Part shown: one piece after another, positions 17,147-48,372 of the stretch | Numbering within the stretch: the stretch's first letter is position 1 | Layout: every line of letters starts with the position of its first letter | From: the human T2T-CHM13v2.0 reference genome, Homo sapiens | Length of the DNA stretch: 64,000 nt | Reading direction: 5' to 3' (one strand) | Assembly (NCBI RefSeq): GCF_009914755.1 | Contig: NC_060944.1 | Program-made: the position numbers and the translations under genes | The notes under the pieces: generated by a model | What the model saw: the letters and a program-made list of their open reading frames with translations, nothing else | What the model was told of the DNA's origin: nothing | Databases searched by the model: none

Positions 17147-17762
17147 TTATTCACTAAATTCTAGATAAAGAATTCAAATTCAAATCTTGACCCAATAAGA
17201 AATGGAAAAATATTTTGGTAAATATTTATGAGATCTTCCTATGGGCTTCCAAACATAAGAAAAAAACCCATAAAACATAATGAATAACCATACAAGTTTT
17301 AAGACTTCAGTATGCCTCAAAGGATTATATTGGTTAGTATAGTTTAGGTTTCAGTGACAGAGAACTCAACTTGAATGGATTAAGAGAAATAGAAAATTTA
17401 TTCATCTAAACAAAAAGCCAGAGGTATCTGGCCTCCACTGTCCAGTCCTAGTCTTCATAAACGTGAAGTTTGTTAGCCACATTAATAAGCAAAGAAATGT
17501 AAATTCAATGGAGACAGAATTTTAACCTACCAAATTAATAAAAATCATGTTAACACCTGGTGTGTTAGGAAGGATTCAAGGAAGTAGGCACTTAAATACA
17601 TTGCAAGTGGGAGTATACATTGGTATAATTTTTCTGGTGGAAACTTAGAAATGTGTATCAAAAGCCTTAGAATTTTACTTATTCTTTGACACAGAAATTC
17701 GATCTCTAGGGTTTTTTCCTACAGAAGAAATCAGGGGCATTTACCAAGATCAAGCATGCTTA

Positions 17763-18114
<352 letters not shown>

Positions 18115-19509
18115 CTAAAGCTGGCCTAAAGCCCTATTAGCATCACTTCCACCAGACCCCTGTTCGTCACACAGTACTGACTTCAGGAATATACTTGATC
18201 TGAGTTCCATTAACCTGAGAGGGCTGAGTGTAATGGATGAGAAGTTTGTTCAGACCACATGTTATCCATCCTAGTAATCATACTGTGCATTCTATAATTC
18301 TGACTTATGTGCATTGATTCTCCAAGCCTCCTTTTATTAGGCTGGATTTGAAAAGGAGCAGCTGAGTTTCTAGAAGGACTGACATGACACTCACTTAGAT
18401 ATGACCTTTCATACCTACGTGCCCCTGAAGGTGAAGTTCTAGACACTAACATCTTCACCTGTCTTAGAAGATCATCTTGCTCGAGTGCTGTGGCTCATGC
18501 CTGTAATCCCAGAACTTTAGGAGGCCTATGTGGGAGGATTGCTCGAGCCCAGGAGTTTAAGACCAGCCTAAGCAATAAAGTGAGACTTCATCGCTACACA
18601 AAAATTTAAAAGTTAGCTGGGTGTGGTGCTGCACACCTGTAGTCCAAGCTACTCGGGCATATACTCATATAGAAATCAGGAATATATAATGCTGTTTTCA
18701 GAATTCTCACTACCTGCCCCAAAACTCACAGCTCAGGTCAAAATTACCAATAGGAAATTTTAGCCAGGCATGGTAGCTCATGCCTGTAATCCCAGCACTT
18801 TGGGAGACCTAGGCGGGAGGATCTCTTGAACCCAGGAGTTCAAGACCAGTCTGGGCAACATAGTGAGACCCTGTCTCTAAAAAAAGGAGAAATAAATTAA
18901 TTAAAATTTAAAAATTGAAAAGAAGAAAAATGTAAAATTATATTTTTTTAAAAAACGAAATTGCAATTCTTTTGTGTGCAAGTGTCTCATTGTGAGATTA
19001 CAGTATGCTTAAGTTGGGGACGCAGTGTTATATGTGTTTTACATCACTTACAGGGCAGTGAATAGAAAGAACAGGAAACACCAAAGGCAATGCTGGAGCA
19101 ACACAAGTATTAATAAATGCAGGCAGGCAGTATAGTATGGTGGTTAGAGTGTGGGCTGGTAACAAACCTGTTTGTGTTCTAATTCTTACTAGGCACTTTC
19201 TAGCTGGGAGACCTTGGCTAAGGTCCTTTTAAAAGTTTTAAATCCATCCAACAAGTACTTACAATGGATGTGTCAAAGACATAGAGGATGCACAGTAAAC
19301 AAAGTAGACAGCACTTCTGTCCCAAAAAAGGTCTTTCCATAGTCCAGAAGACAAATTTGAAAAACTGAGGAAGGGCCAGGCTCGGTGGCTCACGCCTGTA
19401 ATCCCAGCACTTTGGAAGGCGGAGGCGGACGGATCACCTGAGGTCAGGAGTTCGAGACCAGCCTGACCAATATGGTGAAACCCCGTCTCTACTAAAAATA
19501 CAAAAGTTA

Positions 19510-19620
<111 letters not shown>

Positions 19621-19917
19621 TCACAAAACAAACAAACGAACAAACAAACAAACCACTGAGGAAGATCTTAACTGTAAAATTCAAATCATACCCACTTCCA
19701 AGCCATGTGTGGATTAAACGAGATAAGCCAACTAAAGCGATTACTCAGCTCAGTGCCTAGTATACAATTAGTGCTTAACAAGTACTAGCGACCGCTTGGC
19801 AAAGCAAAGCAGACTGAAGCGTGGGTTTCATTTCTCATCATGTGATAAGTGATAAAATGCTCTTAACCAGGTCGGCTCACCTGGCCTTTCCATTCGACCT
19901 AAATAACGTCTACTTAC

Positions 19918-20040
19918 TTGCGTAAGGGAAGAGCTCTGGCCCAGGTCAGCAAGCATTTGTCAGGCTAGAGCCTCCGGGTGGCGCTTCTCGCCCTCAGTAA
20001 CCGGTTACCTCCAGAACCAGGGCGCCAGCTCCGGCCATCC
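19918..20040 (-). other. PCNA: PCNA distal non-coding first exon, spliced to an acceptor at 13337
   Basis: Donor CGCAA|gtaagt at 19918/19917; acceptor tctttctag|GTCTCAGCC at 13337; the join CGCAAGTCTCAGCC matches the recalled long PCNA mRNA 5' UTR. TSS approximate. Confidence 0.8.
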
Positions 20041-20900
20041 GCGGTTAAGCGGGAGCTCCCATTGGCTAATCGCACACTGAAACGCACGCCTTTTCCCGCC
20101 CCTGACGCTGCCGTCCAATGCGCGCCTCTCGACTCTGCTCCGCCCCGCCCCGCCCCCGTCGCCCTGCCTCCCTGGCGTATTTGCGCCATTGGTGGATATT
20201 CCGGACCGTGATGGTGGCGCTGCGCGTGCGCACTCGCTCCGAGCCCTGCTCCCGGGAGAGGGAGCTCTCGGGTCGGGGCTAGGGAAGGCTGACCCCGCTC
20301 GGCCCGGGTGAAAGGGCGGTGACGGCACTGGGTGGGGCCGAGCTCCAGGGCTGGCTGCTGGGCTGCTAAGGGAACTGTGAGCCGCTCAGAGCCGCGCGCC
20401 TCCCGGGCGGGGCGGGGCCGGCCGTGGGAGTCCGCGCGTGCCCGCGCCGAGCTGCCTGCTCCGGCGGCTTCGCTGCTAGCTCGCGGCGACGTCGGGCCGA
20501 TTTTCCCAGGATGACAGAGCTGAGGCAGAGGGTGGCCCATGAGCCGGTTGCGCCACCCGAGGACAAGGTAGCGGCAGCGTCGGGGTGGGCGCGGCCGGGA
20601 CAGCGGCGCATCCGGGAGGCCTGCGGGGGACGCGCGCAGAGGGGTCGTCTTGTTCTCTGACCCTTTGTCGCAGCCGACGGCGGCCCCGGGCCCGGGTAGC
20701 GCGAAGGGCCCTCGGGTGCCCGGCCTTCGCGGCGCGCGCGTCAGGGGTCGGCGGGTCGGGGTCCCGGCTCAGGGTCTGACTGAAGTGGCTCCCCCGGGGC
20801 GCAGGAAGGAGCTTCTCGGGAGTGGCGCACGGCCTCCTGCCTCGCTGGGCTGGCTGCGGGGACTCCCCTCTCCCCCAACTCCGTGAGGCCTTCCTGGAGG
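19930..20900. promoter_or_regulatory. CpG-island bidirectional promoter, PCNA (distal) / CDS2
   Basis: CCAAT/ATTGG at ~20061, 20115, 20188; E2F-like TTTTCCCGCC 20091-20100; GC boxes 20140-20158; NRF1-like TGCGCGTGCGCA 20221-20232. Confidence 0.88.
20511..20567 (+). CDS. CDS2: CDS2 (phosphatidate cytidylyltransferase 2) exon 1 coding part, MTELRQRVAHEPVAPPEDK
   Basis: ATG at 20511, 19 codons, donor AAG|gtagcg. No further CDS2 coding exon recognised, so 20568-64000 is intron 1. Confidence 0.95.
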
Positions 20901-21479
20901 TGAAGATATGCAGAGCCTTCTTAGGGAGGCGGCTCCTCTGAGCGCAACTTAGGCTCTCCGTTCCCTTTTACAATGTTATTATTTTGGGGGGTGGGGGAAT
21001 CAGGACAAGGCCATAGCATTTGCCTCCTGGGAGATGTAAATCCCTTCTTGGGCATGAAATCATCGGCTTTGAGCAAAGGGGTGTTACCCAGTGAGCCAGT
21101 CCGTCATCAGCAGGTGTTGGAGGGCGTCCTCCCGGTTGATGGGTTGTTTCCTGCACCGTGTGGGCTCTGGTGGGTAGGGGAGGAGAGTAGGAAGGAGGCC
21201 ATCTTGGCGGGGACAGTGGCGGGGGTGACGGGTGGGGGAGTGGACTCCTTTGGGTGAAGTGAAAGATCTGTGTAGGGGAGTTAAGGAAGGTAGGGATTGG
21301 TTTTATTACTGTGGAGGTTGAATGGCAGTATAGGACTTTGTAGCAGTAGTTGTGCTTTCCGAGATAGCAGTGATCAGGAGCCCTGTGTTTGGGAAACTGA
21401 TCAGACAGTGATGTGTAGAAGGGACTGAGGGAGCCTGGACCAGACTGAGGGAGCCTGGTTCACTCGGGATTGCCCATGA

Positions 21480-21700
21480 GTGACCTGTAGATGTTTTCTT
21501 TGGCCCACATATTGCCTTAAAAATCAGAAAGTTTCTCCTAACAATCTAAATTTCTTGCCTGTCTTAGATAATTGGAGGGTCCACCATCACTTTGTCACCT
21601 GCTCAATGGTTGGCTGGAGCTGAGGATCATCGGTTCCCACCAATCCCTGTTGCCTTACACCAGGCTCACGGCTTCCCCTAATGCAGCCTGTAACTTTTTG
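21480..21700. mobile_element. MER103-like hAT-Charlie fossil
   Basis: aaaaatcagaaagtttc...aatctaaatttcttgcctgtctt...ggttggctggagctgag resembles the recalled MER103 consensus. Confidence 0.5.
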
Positions 21701-22694
21701 ATGACTGGACGCAACGGACATTAGGGAGACACCCAGAAGGAAGAAAGCACAAGATTTGGTGACAGGATGTCAACAGAGCAGTTACACTAGGAGGAATGTT
21801 TTTGGTGAAAGATAATGAGATCATGGGTTTTTTTTAAACAACTTTCGTGTTATTGCAGTTGACAGTGGACTATCCAAAGAGAACTGTTCCTACCGATTTT
21901 TAGAACATATATTTTGGCCAGGCACAGTGCTGCTCGCCTGTAATCCTAGCTTCTAGGGAGGCTGAGGCAGGAGGATCGCTTGAGCCCAGGAGTTTGAGAC
22001 CCTGTCTCAAAAAACAAAAACAAAAACATATTTTGGAGAACATTTAGGGCTGGGGCTGAGGATTTAGCAGTCGCTTGCAGAGACAAGATACTTTGAAGTC
22101 TCTAATTTTTCATTTGGCTATCCTGGTTCAGCCTGAAAGAATTCTGACTTACCTTGTACTACTAGTTGGTGAGTATGCAGATGTTTGGAGGCTCTGTAGC
22201 TCTGTTTAAGGGTGAGATCATGCTTGATGTTAGTGGGACTTTGTGGACCTAGAAGGTGTGAGGAGAGAGAGAAGAAAGAAGGCATGATAGCTGGTGGGCC
22301 ATGTTTTTGAAAAGCTAACTATGTACAATAATTAGAATGTCAAAAAACAACCTTGGGATTATGAGATGCAACATAAAGATTCTACCCTCCTTCCCGGACT
22401 CGTTGGATCCATCCCCCAGAGATAAAGTGCGAGTTGAACCGTCTTACTTTCACATCCTGTACTTTAGACTGGGAGGACCTGAGGAGCTGTCCAGCTAGAG
22501 GTGCACTTATATCACTTATACAGTGACAGAATGCCTGGGGTCATGAGGTCCACTTGTGGCGTGTTGTTTCCTAAAAGACAGCTGCTATGCACTCTGTTAA
22601 AAGCCTGATGTTCATTACCGAGAACAAGACAATCAGTTCCTCACCCCATTATTCAGAACTTCTCAATTGTCACTGAATTGTCATGTATGGGATT

Positions 22695-24540
<1,846 letters not shown>

Positions 24541-25492
24541 AACTTGAAAGATTCCTCAAAATGTTACAGTTGCTTAACTGCTGTGGCAAAACTGTCTTGT
24601 AAATAGAAAATCATTAGTATCAAAATAATCTGGAGCATGTTTATTTATAAAAGTCAGAAGGTATTTTGTTATATTTAGCATCTGAGAATGGAATTTTCAA
24701 AGCCAATTGCTAATAAAGGAAATGTTCTCCTCTGGGAACTGTGCTTATAATTTTAAAGTCCCAAAGCACAGTATAGTTGCCAAACTAAGAAACTTGGAGT
24801 TTAGGCTTTGGGAATGATCCTCTTCCTACCCAACCATATTTTTCTGATGGAGCTTAGGAAAGCAAAGGATGAGATATGGTCTGAAAGATTGGCATCTTAA
24901 AATTTATGATTGAGTTGGCATTTCAGGAGATTTTGTTTCGGAAGTTAGCGTATAGGTTCTGGGGTTTTCTGCTTTACTTAATTGCTGAAGTGCTATTTAA
25001 ATTAGAGCTTTACTTATTTCAAGGCTTCCTTTCTAGATAGATGAAACCCATATGGAGAGGAAATAGTGACATCATTTAGAAAGGGGAGTTTAAATCTTAA
25101 CTGAAGATAGCGTGTAAGAGCAGGGGCTTGGGTCAGTTACATCTACCTTGAGCCTGGGCTCCGCCACATAAAGGCTGTGTAACTTTGAGTAGATCATGGA
25201 AGTTGTGGCAGCCTCAGTTTGTCCATCATTAAAATGGGGGTCATAAAATTGTATGTGCTTTACAGGATATTCATGTGGATTAAACGTATGTATGGGCTGA
25301 CAGCAGAGCTTGTCACATAATATGTTAGCTATGTTGCTACTGATTAAAATAGATTTTTATAGAAAAAACTTTAATATTCATCTTACACACTTGAAAGGTG
25401 ATTAAATCTTCAAGTTATATATATTTGTAGAACCTATTCATATTCATTACCTTTTAAGGAAAGTTTTATAGAAAGGACTTAGCCTTCTATGA

Positions 25493-28645
<3,153 letters not shown>

Positions 28646-30204
28646 ATTGTAACTAATTTCACAGGGCAGATAATCATCCTTTAAACTGTTTGAAAAGATT
28701 TGAGTGTTACTATTTCTGGTTTTCACACTTTTCCATCTTTTCTAGGATCCACGTAGGTGGAGGAGATTCCTCTCCACAGTTTGTTAAGCTACATTCTATG
28801 TTGTTAAGGTCTCCCAGCCCTTCTGGACTGGCACTAGAGGCTGTTGGGGGTGAAAAAGTACAGCTGTTTGTGTGTCATACTGCCTCTGGTTCAGAAAAGA
28901 GACGGACACTGACTCTTCACTATTAATTTTGCCAAAGTCTCCTTGAAAGAATGCTAATTTGTTCCTGGCATTGGGCAGGGTTCCTGCCTTCCAAGTCTTG
29001 TCATGTGGTGGTTACTTGGCTGGGGTAATAGTGAGGCACCCCCTCCCCACCCCCACGTATGGTCCCCACCGGGCAGCTTCCTATGCCAGTCACTGATATT
29101 TGTTCTCATGTTGTTTGCCCCAACAGTAGGGATGGCATTGAGCCCACTAAGTTGACTGACCTTTTGAAGAAAGTTAAACTTTATGGTGTTATTTTGAGTA
29201 GGCAGTCTGTGGTGCAGAATTTGTAGGCAGCAAAGGGTATTCTGTGAAGTTTCCTTTCTCCCGCCTGCCTCTCCCCAGGGACAGCCTCATGCCACACTGT
29301 GGTTCTCATGAGCACTGCTGTCTGTGTGGAAGGACCTGACCTGTCCTACCAAAGTCAGACATCTTTTTGATTTGTTGTCTTTGGCAGAAGCTCCTTTGTA
29401 TTAAGGTCTCCATAGGGCCAGCTTGGGGCTTCTCTGTAAAGACTTTGCTGAGGTTTTGAGAGTTCCTGGGACTTGGGATTTACGGGCAACACTCTCTGCC
29501 CCTGGGTCTCTGATGTGGAGAGGATGTCTGCCATTGACACCGAACCCCTGAGTGGGCAACTCTCAGAGCCATATCTCCACAGTCCATGCCTGGCTAGTCC
29601 TGTGGTTTCAGTGGTCTACAAGACATTCCTAGGTGCATGCCCTTCAGTCCACACAAACTGACTTTGTCTCAAATCTGAATTCTCTCATTCTACTCTTACC
29701 ACCCTCCTTCAGTTTCTTTCTTCTGCGATAAAATCCCAGATGACTCGGTTACTCAGGCTTGAAATCTCCTATTCCTTTGTTCCCGTGCCCAGGGCAGGAT
29801 GCAGATTCTAACCAGGTGTGACTTGGAATCCTTATCTGTTTGTTGTTTGTTGTCTGTTTGTTGCTCTTGGAGACTTCAACATTTCAGGACTGCAGTATTG
29901 TAAATGCCTGCAGTATCCTAAATCCGAATTCCTTACCTCTCCTGGAATCCTTATCTGTCTTTTACTCTTTGAGATTTCCCAAATTTCAGGATTTATTGCT
30001 TGCCTTATTGTAAACCCTGTGAATTGAGCTCCCTCCTGTTAGGATTTGCTCTAGGTCCCTCCTAATCCATCTTGTTCTTTGTATCTTTCAGGAGTTCTGA
30101 AACTGCCCTAATAATTATTGGGGGGGTGGGGTGGAGTGATAGAATTCTGGCTCTTTTTCATAATGCTTAAACTTTAAGATCCTTTGTAGTCTTCTGTCTC
30201 TCAT

Positions 30205-30548
30205 TTCCTTCCAATTCTTGTTTTAGGTTCAGGGGGTACATGTGCAGGTTTGGTACACGGGCAAATTGCACATTGCTGAGGTTTGGTGTACAAATGATTT
30301 TGTCACCTAGGTAGTGAGCATAGTACTAGATGGGTAGTTTTTCAATCCTCACCAGCCTCCCACTCTCCACCCTCAAGCCCTGGTGTCTCTTGTTCCCCTC
30401 TTTGTGTCCATGTGTAGCTCCCAGTTCACTCTGCAAGTGAGAACATGTAGTGTTTGGTTTTCTCTTCTTGCATTAATTTGCTTAGGATAATGACCCCTAG
30501 CTGCATCCATGTTGCCACAAAGGATATGATTTTATTCTTTTTTATGTA
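30205..30548 (-). mobile_element. L1PA/PB-type 3' end fragment
   Basis: ggttcagggggtacatgtgcaggtttg...gagaacatg...ctgcatccatgttgccacaaaggatatgatt is the antisense L1 3' UTR. Confidence 0.85.
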
Positions 30549-30629
30549 GCCTTCTCTCTTAACTGGCCTTTCTCCCTGCTTGGTGCCTCTGTGTCATGGA
30601 TCTTGATTCTTGCTCTTTCCTACCTCTGA

Positions 30630-33600
<2,971 letters not shown>

Positions 33601-34349
33601 TTTGTGGCTGTATCTCACCTTATTGAACCAAGCAGGCATTTAAGTTGTTTTAAGGTTTTTGCTATTGTAAGTAATGCTGCAGTATGGTATTCTTAGATAA
33701 GTGCCTTTGTTTGGAACTGCTGACTCAAAGGGATGTACTTTGTTTAGGTTTTGATACAATTAATATATTCCCTTCTGCAGTAAATTTGTAGCCACTCTGA
33801 ATGCCTGTCTTTGTGATCTCTCCTCCCTGCAGAGTAATACTGAGTATTCACTTGTTTCTTGATTTTAGCAGAGGCATTTTAGTCTACTGATTACAATCAT
33901 AAACTCAGGAGTTGGACTCCTTGGTTTATAGCCTAGTTCAATCATTAAGTTGTGTCTGTTTTCTCACCTGAACAATAGGGCTGAGAATACTATCAACCTT
34001 ATAGGGTTGTTCCGAGGCATTATCATTTCTTTCCTTTACAAATTGTGTCTTAGAGCTCAAGTAGTTGATTAGGGAAAGTTTCTCTTCATAGAATAGATGA
34101 TGAAGTGATATAATTAAAATACTTAAAATTTCCAATCCCCAATGAATTGATAGAATGAGGCAGTAATCATCAATGCTGCTACCATCACAGAAACAACCAA
34201 ATACTATGTACCTCCTGATGGAGAAATCTTGTCATAAAATCATATTTGAGCTTGATCAAGACTCTAGTTCTAAGTGCTGGTTTATAGGAAATTCAAGAGA
34301 CTGAAGATCACATGGACCTGGTTGCTTTAGTAAATAAGTGTGTGTGTGT

Positions 34350-35350
34350 AAATTTCTTTTTCCATGTCTGTGATTTCCTGGCTTATAATTCTGAAAGCCC
34401 TTATTAAAGTCTCTTGTTATAACTTTGGGGCACTTGGAAACTCAGAAGCAGGCCTCCAAAAATAAAATCTCCCTCTCTGACCATCTCCTCCTCCCCTTTC
34501 TCCTGCTCCTTTCTCTCCCCAAGGCAGGAATCTTCTCCTGCCTTTCTATCTTGGAGCTGGCCATAAAAAATTATCTGGCTTTCCTTGTTTGATTGCTATA
34601 AGACCCTCATTTCAAAACCCTATATCCTGGAGGAAAGACTGCTGCACAGGGAGGCTAAGAAGAATCTGAACAGACAGGCCTTGCTGGGTTTCCCCACTTA
34701 GTCTATTAGTATTAGATAGTATCCTTTTTGTTTAGTCACATTTCTGCATGGTTGTCCATGCAATGTGTGCATCTAATGAAGTCTCTATAAAAGGCTTTAG
34801 AGGACAGGGTTCAGGGAACTCCTGAGTAGCTGAACATGTGGAGGCTTACAGGAAGGTGAACACATGCTGGGGGGGTGGTGCACCCCAGCTCCACTGGGAC
34901 AGAAGCTCTTGCACTGGAGACTCCGAAGCTCTTGCAATGGGGACTCTTCCAGACCTCTCCCTATATATCTCTTCATCTGGCTGTATATTTGTATCCAATA
35001 TGCAAATATTGTATATTTGTATCCAATATACAATATTGTATTGGGTGGGGGGTGATGGGGACTCCAGCTTGAAACTGGTAGATCAGAAATTCTTGAGCCT
35101 CAGATCTACAACTGATGGAAAAGAGGGGGTGGTCATGTGGGACTGAGCTCTCAACCTGTGGTTTCTGAAGCTATCTCTAGGCAAATAGTGGCTGAAGTGA
35201 ATTGAATTGGATGGTACCCAGCTACTGTCCGCTGCAGAATTGATTGCTTGTTGAGTGTGTGGGGAGACATCCAAAACATTTGGTCACAGAAGTCTTCTGT
35301 GATTGTTGTTACAGTGTGAGAACAGAGGGAAAAAAAACGAGTTTGAGTTT
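34350..35350 (+). mobile_element. MER21-family LTR
   Basis: ggacagggttcagggaactcctgagtagctgaacatgtggagg...gactgagctctcaacctgtgg...gtccgctgcagaattgattgcttg...tggtcacagaagtcttctgtg matches the recalled MER21 consensus. Confidence 0.75.
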
Positions 35351-35454
35351 TACCACTTTCACACACTACTCTCTCTGATTTCAAAAAACATGGAAGAGTG
35401 GGGAGTGATAGAGATAGATATGAAAGGTAAAACATATAGATTAAAAGACTTTAG

Positions 35455-37570
<2,116 letters not shown>

Positions 37571-39239
37571 ACTTGGGTATTCTTGTATTTTAGAAACTTC
37601 TTGGTTTTAATTTCTTCTGTAGATATAATCTACATAAACAACTATTGGGATCCTCAGTAATTCAAGAACTACTTTAATGAACTGTATTATCAAGGAGAGG
37701 GTTGAAGCAGCCATTGTCAGTGAGTGTAGAAAGTGATAACGTGGGTGAGTTGGGTGACATACTCTTTTGCTCTCAAGTGACCCAGTTTGGGTGATATATT
37801 ATATGGCCCCCCTAGTAATGGAGTTCATATTAGGCAGATGGTCACACTTGGTAATGAGGTCGCCTTAGTGTTGGTGTTCCTGTGGAGCTCCCTGAACTCG
37901 CAAACTTTAATCTTCCTATGATGGCCAACCTTGGTGGACCAAGGTTTAGAATGAAAGAAATTGCTTTGGAGACTACATATCTCTTTTGAGATTTGACATA
38001 CTTACCAAAATGAGTAATGATTCTGACGTTCTTCCAGTGTTATTTGAAATTCAACATGAAACTTTTCCTACATGTTTCTTTGTTAAAAATGTTGAGTAAA
38101 TTTTGAGACAAAATGTACATTTTTTTCATATAAACATTGAAACCATCATGTTGAGGATTACATGCATTCTGTGAAGTTTGTGTATTAACAATCCGTGTAT
38201 GTCTTCCCAGGAAAATGTTAACTGCAGAGGGTTTCCAACTGTGTTGGCTTGATCCGGTCCTTTCCCCTCTGGCTTGCAGAACATAACACTTCCTCCCTAA
38301 GTGAGGCAGCATGAAGCCCCATCCAGTTACTACTATTGTGAGTGGCTCAGAGTTCAGCATCACAGTTTAATGCCCAGTAGTCTCCTTCTTAGGTCTAGTG
38401 ACTGTGCACCAAAGGGTTATCTGTCCTCCCTTTCCCCTCCAACTGCATTTGTGGAAGAGGAACAGGATGGAGTAGGGCAGAATAACCAAAATAAGCTTTC
38501 CTATTCTGACAAGGAAAGAATGGGGAGACAAGACACAGTAGTGTCTTGGCTCACCTCTCTCCTGAGTGGAAATTGGACTAAGATCTCTGGGCGCGTAGAT
38601 GGAGTCTTTTGCCCGGTAGACCTCATTTTAGGGCGAATGGGTAGAAAGGAAAGACCCCCCCCCCCCCGCCCCCGCCACCAAATCCAAGAATTGGGAGAGT
38701 TCCATTCTAGCGCTCAATATTCATGCTGGAAGCTTAAATTAACCCAGATGGTCTGTTTGGTTTATTTAAAGATAAAACTAGTTTTGAGCCTGGAGGAATA
38801 GCCACGTTCTCTGCAGGTGAGTCTGGGAATAGAGCTTGTAATTTGCATAGTTGTTTCAGTGTACAGACCTTCAATTTCTGTTACAATCCCTAGTTCTTGC
38901 TCTCATCCACTATCCCGTTTGCCAGATATTGGTCTGGAGCTTCTCCAGGGTTTCAGAGGGCAGACGCTCCTTCTTCCTCCAGAGCCTTCCTGAAGTACAC
39001 TCTTGGCTGCATTTTCTGTTTTGTTTCATCCATCTTAGCTCTTCAGACTATTTTGTCATCCAGAAATTTGCTGAAATCTCACATCCACTGGTGATGCCTG
39101 TCCCCTGCTGTTTCTAAGGCCATAGTGTCCTTCCTTGCTGTACTTACTGACATTCATTTCATTGGGATATTGGGGCCCAAAGCATGGGCTTTATCTCCTA
39201 TCTTCTGCAGGAAGTTCCAAGTTGTGTGTTTTGCTTTTT

Positions 39240-48372
<9,133 letters not shown>

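Noticed and set aside
19875-19890. Second strong minus-strand donor CAG|gtgagc at 19881
   Set aside because: A plausible alternative donor for the distal PCNA exon, but the 19918 donor reproduces the recalled mRNA junction and I have no evidence this one is used.
19965-20886. Multiple overlapping ORFs up to 191 aa at the CDS2 promoter
   Set aside because: CpG-island artefacts; only the MTELRQ...EDK segment is supported.
38301-38801. 166-aa ORF and C-rich run (38655-38677)
   Set aside because: GTG start, no homology recognisable, no splice support; the poly-C run is a simple repeat.
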